Shown piece after piece: positions 1 to 7,637 of a stretch of DNA of 13,950 bases. Positions within the stretch are counted from its first letter, which is position 1. Each line of letters starts with the position of its first letter. The translations under genes and the position numbers were made by a program. Below the pieces are notes generated by a model. The model did not search any database, had not been told where the DNA came from, and saw only the letters and a list, made by a program, of their open reading frames with translations. The stretch covers positions 1 through 13,950 of the forward strand of contig JBJCIZ010001132.1 in the NCBI GenBank assembly GCA_051294375.1, written 5' to 3'. The DNA comes from Paraspadella gotoi (taxonomy: Eukaryota > Animalia > Chaetognatha).

Positions 1-473
1 GCGGCGAACGCCATGCCGAAGACATTTCCAGGTAGAATACCTTGGGACAATTGTTCCTCTTGCTTTTCCCAAAGTTTCGCGACTTTTTTCTCTGGCGTGT
101 AATTCTTCCACGTTGTTCTAATCTTTCTCTGCTGTCCCTGCCTCTCGCGGAGCTCCGCGATCGTAATTCCATCCAGCTTCATCAACTCTTCATGCCATGA
201 GAACTGACGTGATTTATGCCGATCGGGGCCATTTGGGTCAACGTAATAAGTTTCATATCGAATACCATGAAATATTCTTTTTCCTTCGCTTTCGCTTCGC
301 AGCACGCCTGAGATGATGTTGAACAATTTATCAACAGCTGGCATGGTTTCGCAAACTCTCGCTCGTCTTTCGTCTGCGCTTTGGAGGAAACTCATCACAT
401 TCTGTTGCTTCTGTCTTTGCCGTTTCTCCTGATTCCCAAATCGTTCCTGTGTGTTCGATCGTCTTTTAGACAT
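1..473 (-). CDS. Uncharacterised ORF of at least 157 aa, running off the window edge; candidate third ORF of the Gypsy element, or a host exon
   Basis: Manual translation from ATG at 473 (in-frame TAA two codons upstream) is open to the window end: MSKRRSNTQERFGNQEKRQRQKQQNVMSFLQSADERRARVCETMPAVDKLFNIISGVLRSESEGKRIFHGIRYETYYVDPNGPDRHKSRQFSWHEELMKLDGITIAELRERQGQQRKIRTTWKNYTPEKKVAKLWEKQEEQLSQGILPGNVFGMAFA. It is GC-richer than the flanking AT-rich spacer. It is probably absent from the ORF track because it has no stop inside the window. Confidence 0.7.
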   Translation of the reverse strand, partial: MSKRRSNTQERFGNQEKRQRQKQQNVMSFLQSADERRARVCETMPAVDKLFNIISGVLRSESEGKRIFHGIRYETYYVDPNGPDRHKSRQFSWHEELMKLDGITIAELRERQGQQRKIRTTWKNYTPEKKVAKLWEKQEEQLSQGILPGNVFGMAFA

Positions 474-555
474 TCTTTAAGCTTGTTGGACGGCGAAACC
501 GATTATCAGGATCGTTGCGGATCGGCAGAGGTGGCCTCCACTCGAAACGCGATTC

Positions 556-591
556 CTGAAAAGGGATGGATGAAAAATGAAAACGAATTAG
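556..591 (-). promoter_or_regulatory. 3' splice acceptor (branch point, polypyrimidine tract, TTTTCAG|G)
   Basis: Minus strand reads CTAAT (591-587) tcgttttcatttttcatccatccc TTTTCAG|G. The exon would begin at 555, 82 nt upstream of the ATG at 473. Confidence 0.6.
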
Positions 592-770
592 CAATGACAG
601 GGTGCAATATTTGGTTTTTTTTTCTTCATATAAACTAAATAAAACTTGATGCTAGGCAATGTTGTAATTCATAATAAAAAAAAATTTATATATAAAATAA
701 AAAATAGAAAAAAAAAGAAATGAAATCCCCGGGGAAGACAAAGATAGATTTTTTTTTTGTTTTGTGTTTT

Positions 771-772
<2 letters not shown>

Positions 773-807
<35 letters not shown>

Positions 808-817
808 TAATTTTATT
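773..817 (-). promoter_or_regulatory. AATAAA overlapping the pol stop codon, followed by an A29 tract
   Basis: Minus strand GAA TAA A gives AATAAA at 817-812. After 10 nt comes a 29-nt A run (T run at 773-801 on +). Confidence 0.45.
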
Positions 818-1756
818 CAACATCACTATCTTCTAATTTTGAAAAATCAATTCTTTTGACGGTTCGTCGCCCTACTACCGTATTTTCTTTTAAACCTGGC
901 CTATTATAGGATTGCAGTCTTCTCATTTCTCTGCTTGTGTGTGACCCTGGTTGAATGTCACGAGGAGATCGTGTTAAAGGAAATGATTTTTGGCCTCGTC
1001 CTCGTCCTTTTCCCGTGATTAGCGGAGATCTTGATCTATTGCGTCTTCTTATGGTAGTAGGAGATCGTGTCCAAGGGGTTTCTGGATCGGAATTGGTGGC
1101 TGCTTCTGTCTGCTCATCCTCCGATCGGTGACCAAGTTCTTCTGATGTATAAATGATGATATTTTCTAAAATATTGGGAATGCTTTCTAATGGCGATTTG
1201 CTTGCGCTTTTGTCTAAATCTTCTAGGCTTTCTTTCTTTTCATGTTCCTCTTCATTAGATTCTTCTTTTCTTTTCGTATGTTCCGCTATAATATCGCTTT
1301 CCATGCTATCTTCATCTGAATCATAGATAAATTTCATCCATTCTTCCTCATTCTGAGAGGCCGGCGTTTCTGTAAAACACTCGGCTTCCTTCAACCACAT
1401 TTTCATATTTCGTGGTAAACATTGTTCTGCGTCTTCTTCTCTCATAACTTCGAGTGTTGTGGTTTGGATTTCTGTACTATTTTTCGTGTTTTGTAGTTCA
1501 TTGGGGGTTATTGGAGTTTGGAAACGTTTCAGGTCAGACCCTGGTTTTACTTCCTCTCCTTCTTGATTCTTGATCACATAAACGTTACCTTCTTTACCTT
1601 CTTCTGGATTCAAGCGTTTTTTAATTGTGTATGGTCCATCATAGTGGATGCTTAATTTGGTACGGTTTTCACGTGGTAGATGTTTAAGGACTTTGTCTCC
1701 TGGTTGAAACTGTTCTTCTTCTTTTCCTTTTTGGTGTTGTTTTATCATTTGTGCAT
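813..1756 (-). pseudogene. pol: Pol C-terminal part: post-integrase GPY/F region plus a long acidic then Arg/Ser-rich tail, separated from the rest of pol by the insertion
   Basis: FQPGDKVL...KLSIHYDGPYTI is the typical Gypsy integrase C-terminal GPY/F module (GPY at 1629-1637). The first ~17 aa of track ORF 813..1805 come from the inserted TIR. Confidence 0.9.
1749..1756. repeat. Left target-site duplication TTGTGCAT
   Basis: Identical to 4017-4024 and directly abuts the TIR start TAGG. Confidence 0.92.
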
Positions 1757-1920
1757 TAGGCCTCCCAAAAATATCCCACTTTGGAAAAGTTGTTGGTTCT
1801 TGCAAAGTTTCTCATTCCAATTTTATTGATAAAAACGAATATCACAATGAAAAATTTCTCAGGAAGAGAATTATGGACTTTCCACGCCACTTTATGTGGC
1901 GTACCACTTCCGGTTAAAAA
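1757..1920 (+). repeat. Left terminal inverted repeat (~165 bp)
   Basis: Aligns to the reverse complement of 3852-4016. Shared blocks: GCAAAGTTTCTCATTCCAA, AAAACGAATATCAC, AAAAATTTCTC, TATGGACTTTCC, CGCCACTTT, ACCACTTCCGGTT. About 78% identity by hand alignment. Confidence 0.92.
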
Positions 1921-2229
1921 ATAACTTGTTTTTAGGAATAAAACGATTTTAAACTTAAATTATTTATTTTATGGTTAATTATACACAGCTGAATGATTAT
2001 TTTACTTTTTATGAATTATAATTTAAATGTAAATTTTTAAAAATATTAAATATTTTTATCAATATTACCTCGAAATAAAAAAGACAGGAAATAATCATAT
2101 TTTTGAAAGATTTTTCAAATACTATTCTTTTAAATTAACAATTATTTTACTATTATATTTTATAAATATGTGTTTAATATTTTTTTATTAGTTAACTGAT
2201 CCATAATGACATTAATAAGAACAATTGTG

Positions 2230-2446
2230 AATAAGGCGATAAGTGGGCTGAAGACTGCATTCAGTAACTTCTATGCCCCCTCAGCAGCCACAGTCCTGGG
2301 CTTGGAACCAGGCTTGAGGGTTTTCCACGCCTCCATAGTGGTCTACGGTCGTCCTCTTGCTTCCCACAGGGTCGTTACCAAGTTGAGATTGAACCCGGTA
2401 CCTAGTGGTCATGAGCTGATGGCTTTACTCAATGAGCAACCGGGTC
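2230..2446 (-). mobile_element. tRNA-derived SINE-like sequence inside the TIR element
   Basis: Minus-strand head GACCCGGTTGCTCATTGAGTAAAGCCATCAGCTCATGACCACTAGGTACCGGGTTCAATCTCAACTTGG has an A-box-like motif (TTGCTCATTGAG, 2439-2428) and a B-box-like motif (GGTTCAATCTC, 2395-2385) at tRNA spacing. It resembles eukaryotic tRNA-Lys/Met and is followed by a ~140-nt GC-rich body. The 3' end is approximate. Confidence 0.65.
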
Positions 2447-2950
2447 ACGACTGAAGGTGTTATGATTATTGGCAGGGTGGATTTAGGCCATGCCCGACTA
2501 CACAATTATTAACAATAATTAAAATATTTTGATTAAAAATAAAGTGCAAAATACAAAATAATCTTTGAAGAAGTAAAAATAAATTTAAAAAATAGAAAGT
2601 TTGTATCTTTTCCTTTCTTTTCATTTTTATTATTAATATTAGAGTTCAATGAAAATAAAAATCTCTACAACTGTAACTCTAATAAAAATATAATGATGAA
2701 AGATGGATAGATGCCTTAACTCACCATAGCCAGTCCAAAACGGCAAGACAGCTATTTTTTAAATGAATAATTTATAATGTTTGTATTGCATTGTCACCAA
2801 AAATTGCGAGCGGACGTCGCAATAAATGATTATAGAGAATCGATGCTTCCTAGACAACTAATTCTTGTGCTAACTCAGCACTAAAACTCTCGGTTACGTA
2901 GATATAGCGCCGAGGAAACGAGGCCACCGGATCTAAGGCCCAATGACGAT

Positions 2951-3159
2951 TGTAACGTCTCACAGCAGACCTGAGGTCCAGACGAGAGAGAAATGCTCAG
3001 ACTACAAGGTCATGTAGCAAGTATAAAGTAATTGTACTACTGACTGTATTAGAAGTCTGGGCAAAATAAATATATTCTGGCAACTTGAGTAAACCTCGGT
3101 TATCAAAGAATCCTTTCACCGAACTACAGTCAAGCCTCAGTCGTCTTCGTTTCCTTACA
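2951..3159 (+). mobile_element. LTR-like fragment (TGTAA...TTACA)
   Basis: Inverted TGTAA/TTACA ends, TATAAA at 3022 and AATAAA at 3065, in the order expected in an LTR. No TSD was found, and the left edge could lie further upstream (~2790). Confidence 0.35.
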
Positions 3160-3520
3160 TTGTAAAGTTTCTCTCATTCGAATTTCAAGCATAATATCAA
3201 CTGAAGGTTTAAAGGTAACTTTGAGGACACCGATATTACTAATAAAATTAATGACATAATATAGATTATTAAATTATGCTAAACTCGTTTCTTTTTCCCC
3301 CTATCGTTTGAATTATCTTATTTAAAAAATATGGGTGCATATAATTTTTTTATTACCATCATAATTTGTGAGAAGCACAATTTAATTTATTCCAAAGTTT
3401 TACCCAAATTTTTTGCGAGACTGTTTCTCTCCCTCAATTTTATCCCTCCTTTCACTGGATTTGAAAGCCTTTAAATCTTGAAATAAAATTTTTTTAGCAT
3501 AATTTTACTTTCGCAAAGCT

Positions 3521-3590
3521 GGGTTTAGGGGAGGTTTAGGGTTATGGGTGGTTTATGAGTGGTTATGGTTAAGACGGTTTAAGGTTAAGG
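3521..3590 (+). repeat. Degenerate telomere-like GGTT(T)AG/GGTTA repeats
   Basis: gggtttaggggaggtttagggttatgggtggtttatgagtggttatggttaagacggtttaaggttaagg. Confidence 0.6.
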
Positions 3591-3851
3591 TAATTTTTTT
3601 AAAAGTAGATTTTTAAGTGGTTTTTCCAAAGGCCAAAACATCAGTTAGTAAAAGTTTTTACCCATAATTTTGTCAAAAGCCAGCATTTTATAATATAAAG
3701 CCTTTTTTAATTGTTATCCTTTGACATACAAAATGTAATTTATAAAGCAAAACCAAATAATTAGGTATTAAGTTTATAAGTAACTGTATTTTGATTAATT
3801 ACTAAGTGTGCTGGCTCAATAATTGCTTGCTTCTTTTAAAAATTCTTATCT

Positions 3852-4016
3852 TTTTTCAACCGGAAGTGGTTTGCGCAAAAAGTGGCGCGGAAAGTCCATA
3901 TAGCGCATCCGGAGAAATTTTTAATGGTGATATTCGTTTTCTCCACCTAATTTGGAATGAGAAACTTTGCGAGAATCAAGAACTTTAAAAAAAGTTTGAT
4001 ATTCCTGGGAGATCTA
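3852..4016 (-). repeat. Right terminal inverted repeat (~165 bp)
   Basis: Reverse complement aligns to 1757-1920. Confidence 0.92.
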
Positions 4017-4024
4017 TTGTGCAT
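4017..4024. repeat. Right target-site duplication TTGTGCAT
   Basis: Identical to 1749-1756. Confidence 0.92.
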
Positions 4025-7000
4025 GGTATTTTGTCTTGTTGTTGTGCTCTCATTTCATGCATTTTTTGAACTTTTTCTGTAACTTCTTTCATATATATTT
4101 TCATATTTGGTTTCAATCCTTTTATTTCTGTTGATGTGGTCTGTAATTGGTTCTTTAGTGGAAATCTTGGGTCCCTTCCGAACATTAAAGCATGTGGGAG
4201 TATCCGGTACTGGGATGTGGGTATTGAATTGTATGTGAATTCCACCCAAGGTAAAAACCTGTAGAAACCATACGGTGGGTCCCAAATTGGTGTGTTCTTT
4301 TTGCTAATTCTTCGATGATAGTTCGGTTTTTTCTTTCACATTGGCCTTGTTTTTGAGGATGGTATGCCATTGAGAACTCTTTTCTAGTTTCATACAACTT
4401 GCATAGCGCTTCTATGAGCCTGTTCCTGAATTCTGGTCCATTATCTGATCCCCATACGATTGGAAATCCAAATCTTGTAACATATTTTTCTAATTTGCGA
4501 GCGACTGTTGTGGATTCGGCTCCAACTAAAGGATATAAGACACAATATCTTGTGAATCGATCCTCGATGACTAAGATGTGATCAAATCCATCAGAAGGAG
4601 TTCCTACTTGTAGTAAATCCGTAATGACATATTCCATGGGGAATGACGCCTTCTGAGGTATCACAGGTATGACTTTAGAATTTGAAGGTCTCATCGCTTG
4701 ACATTCGAAACAAGTTTTGACAAAGTTTCGAAGATCTTTTCCCATTCCAGGCCAGACGCAGAATGATTCTAATCGACTGCGTGCTCGTTTTTCCGCAGGA
4801 TGGCCGCTCTGATAATCACCATGTGCTTTTGTTAGTATTTTGTGTCGCAAATCTTTAGGTATTACTAGTCGTAATTGTTTTTCACCATTCACTTCACGGC
4901 AATGGTATAATGCTCCATCAATTATACAAAGCTCAGAGCTAAGTTTCTTGTACCAACTTTGAATATCCAGGTTTTTGAGCGCATTTGAAGGATCATCTGG
5001 ATTTTCTTTTAGAGTTTTAAGTACCATACCAATGTCTGGGTCTTTCTTTTGCATTTCAACCACTTCCTTCAAGTGTTGATCATCAGTAATAGTGATAGCT
5101 AGGGGCACTTCGGCGTTGCAGACTGCTCCCAATATAATGGCATCTTCTTGTGAAGTCGCCGTTGGGGGGTCAGCATGCGGGGCGCGTGAAAGTGCGTCGG
5201 CATCCGAATGCGTTTTCCCTGCTTTATGTTTTATTTGAAATTCATAAGTTGATAGTTCTAATGCCCATCTTGTGCGTTTGCCTGTCGCATCTTTCTTTCC
5301 GTCCACGTTCAGGCATGTGAGCAATGGTTTGTGATCAGTGTAAATTGTAAAGGGCTTGAATTTTAGGTAATGAGAGAATTGACGGATTGCCCAAATGATT
5401 CCGTACATTTCTTTATCATAAGGTGCCCATGCTTTCTCTGCGTTATTAAGCTTTTGGCTTGCAGCTGCCACCATCACTTCTTTTCCCTTGTCATCTTTTT
5501 GAGTAAGTACAGCACCTACGGTGGNNNNNNNNNNGTCTGGTTTGACAAAGAATTCTTTTTCAAAGTCTGGGTAGGCTGTCGCTGTTCCAGCGAGTAGTTC
5601 TGTCTTCAATGTGTCAAAGGACTTTTGTTTTTCATTATCCCAGTTGAAGTCAATTCCTTTCTTTAATAAGTCGGTGAGCGGTTCTGCTATTTTAGCGAAA
5701 TTCACAATATGATTTCGGTAGTAATTAGCTAAGCCGACAAAGCCGCGAACCTGTTTGACATCTGTAGGTGNNNNNNNNNNNNNNNTCTTTTGAAGATTCC
5801 GATCATCTGGTTTTATGCCATTGGCGTCGAGCTGGAAGCCGAGTACTGAAACGGAGCTTTGAGCGAACTTACACTTTCCTGGGTGTAGTTTCAGTCCTGC
5901 ACGCTTTAAAGCATCAAAAACCTTTTCAAGCATTTGTAAGTGGGATTCTGTATCTGTAGTCGCAACTAGAATGTCGTCCAAATATGCCAGTACACACTCG
6001 ATGGGCAGACCTCGAAATACCAATTCTACCAATGATTGCATGGAGGCAGATCCATTCTTTGCTCCCATGGGTACGCGTATATATTCCAAATGGCGAGCTC
6101 CATCGGAAAATGCAAAGTATTTTCTTTGGCTTTCCAAGATTGGAATTTGATGGTATCCTTTAATGAGATCTACACTTGTGAATACTGTTGGATTTTTAAG
6201 TCTTTTTAGGCTGTCATGGATATTTGGTAAAGGGAAATGTGCTTTCTCAGTGACTTTGTTTAAACGGCGAAAATCTGTGCAATACCGCCAACTCCCGTCT
6301 TTCTTTTTGACTAAGACGATGGGCGCATTGTATGGACTTTCCGATTCGCGTGCACATTTGTTGGCAATCAGTTTATTTGTCTCCTTGTTTATCTGTTCTT
6401 GCACTTCAGGTGGAGGATTTCGATAAATAGGAGCGACGACCGGCTTGTCTGTGGTAAGCTTTATTTGGTGATACATTAAATTTGTTCTTCCTAAATCGCT
6501 TTCGTTCTTCGCAAAGACGGCGTCGTATTTCTCACATAGTTTTTTAAATCTTGCTCTTTGTTCTTCATTGAAAATGTTGTCGGAAGTATTAACCCTGAAT
6601 AAATCGTCTGACACGGGTTTTTCTTCATTTTCTTCAGGTATCAATCCAGGCATTTCCTCTTCGTCTTCTGTTGTTTTCTCCACTGCTGCTATCAATATTT
6701 CTTCGGTGGCGTCGCTTTCTTCTTTTGTCATATTTCCGATTGGATGGGCTTCGTCTTCAGGCTCTTCATCCACATTTTCTATTATTACTTCATTAGTTGT
6801 ATGTTTATTTTGAATAGTTTCGCCTTCATTTTGTTTTCCATTGGCCGNNNNNNNNNNAGTTTCTCTTATTTCAGGATTGATTGTATCAATTACGGCCAGT
6901 GGGATGTCTTTACCGATATTAATGCTGGAAGGCCAGGCATTGAATACTTCAATTGTGATGATTTCTTGTCGGGGATCCACAATTGTGTGCCCCGCGATTT

Positions 7001-7637
7001 GCGGCATGTCTTTGACATACTCGCTGGAGAGCGGACGAGCGTAAACAGCTGCTGGCACTTCTTTTGTGGAGTTAGTCAATTTTGGCCCTGATATGTACGC
7101 TTTTACTAAGCATCGAGAGTTTGGGGGTAATGTTACGGCTTCGAAAGATGCTAGGTGTGGCGGTGGAAGGTCGGTGGGTGGTGGTGGTCGAGATAGTGGT
7201 AAACTGAAGCCATCGATTTTCATCACATCTAAATTCATGTCTAGGATTGCTCCTCGTTTGCGAAGGAAGTGTATTCCAAGGATTATTGGATGTAGTAGGT
7301 TATGGATTATCAAAAATTCTTCCTTGTAAGTTTTATTTGGTTCTCCAAGACTAAACTCAATTTGTGCTACACCTATGGGCGTCACTGGGCATTTGTTTAT
7401 GCCAATGCAAGCATTTAATTTTCTTTTGATTACTTTAACTTTATTTGGTGGTAATATGGATAAAATCTCCGCATCAATGCAGTTGCCTCCTGATGCTCCT
7501 GTATCAATAAGTGTATTAATGGTAGTATTTTCTATTTTACAATTAATTGTACAGCGACAGTCTTTTGTTCCGGGTCCAGGGTCATTGTGTTTTCCAGCAA
7601 TGTCGCCCTGCTGGACATTACTGGTCACTGAAAACCC
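4017..7637 (-). CDS. pol: Pol polyprotein: aspartic protease, dUTPase-like segment, reverse transcriptase, RNase H, integrase; frameshifted near the 3' end
   Basis: PR: LIDTGA (DTGA at 7494-7505). RT: PYNAPIVLVKKKDGSWRYCTDFRRLN and YLDD (5973-5984). RNase H: PDxxxxTVGAVL, DKEMYGIIWAI, YTDHKPL, ADALSR. IN: HHCC (AHGDYQSGH...CFEC) and DDE (ITDLL, SDNGPEF, QCERKN). It continues through indels at ~4195-4285 into [11 protein letters not shown]. Confidence 0.97.
5525..6857. other. Three short N gaps (5525-5534, 5771-5785, 6848-6857) within pol
   Basis: All three preserve the pol frame. The RNase H gap matches the canonical D-A-S-x-x-x-V-G-A-V-L spacing, so these are probably size-accurate masked bases. 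Confidence 0.9.
7577..7637 (-). promoter_or_regulatory. Programmed -1 ribosomal frameshift signal (slippery heptamer plus H-type pseudoknot)
   Basis: The gag frame ACG GGU UUU CAG UGA contains G_GGU_UUU (7637-7631). The -1 frame reads GGG UUU UCA GUG ACC, which is the pol frame. Spacer CAGUGA; stem 1 CCAGUAAUGUC/GACAUUGCUGG (11 bp, one G-U); loop CAGGG pairs with downstream CCCUG (7581-7577); 12-nt A-rich loop 3. Confidence 0.85.

Larger units (their letters stand above)
1757..4016. mobile_element. Non-autonomous TIR DNA transposon, 2260 bp, 8-bp TSD (hAT-like ends, MULE-like TIR length)
   Basis: Ends are TAGGCCTCCCAAAAATATC... and ...GATATTCCTGGGAGATCTA. It is flanked by an exact TTGTGCAT duplication, has no transposase ORF, and interrupts the Gypsy integrase coding sequence exactly at the TSD. 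Confidence 0.92.

Noticed and set aside
466-555. Short frame ESRFEWRPPLPIRNDPDNRFRRPTSLKNV* directly after the acceptor
   Set aside because: Only 29 codons and no start codon. It would matter only if spliced to an upstream exon, which cannot be shown here.
381-638. 85-aa plus-strand ORF
   Set aside because: Starts at TTG and has no recognisable features. It is the antisense shadow of the longer minus-strand ORF and its splice acceptor.
1757-1805. N-terminus of track ORF 813..1805 as a separate gene start
   Set aside because: The start lies inside the inserted TIR; the ORF is the severed end of pol.
2373-2446. Functional tRNA gene
   Set aside because: The acceptor and anticodon stems do not pair properly, and the sequence runs into a SINE-like body.
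2206-2454. 82-aa plus-strand ORF
   Set aside because: Antisense to the SINE-like sequence, with no transposase or other motif.
3806-3988. 60-aa ORF
   Set aside because: Lies largely within the right TIR; a chance ORF.
7628-7634. TTTTCAG at the gag end as a splice acceptor for pol
   Set aside because: No upstream pyrimidine tract. The slippery heptamer plus pseudoknot explains the junction better.
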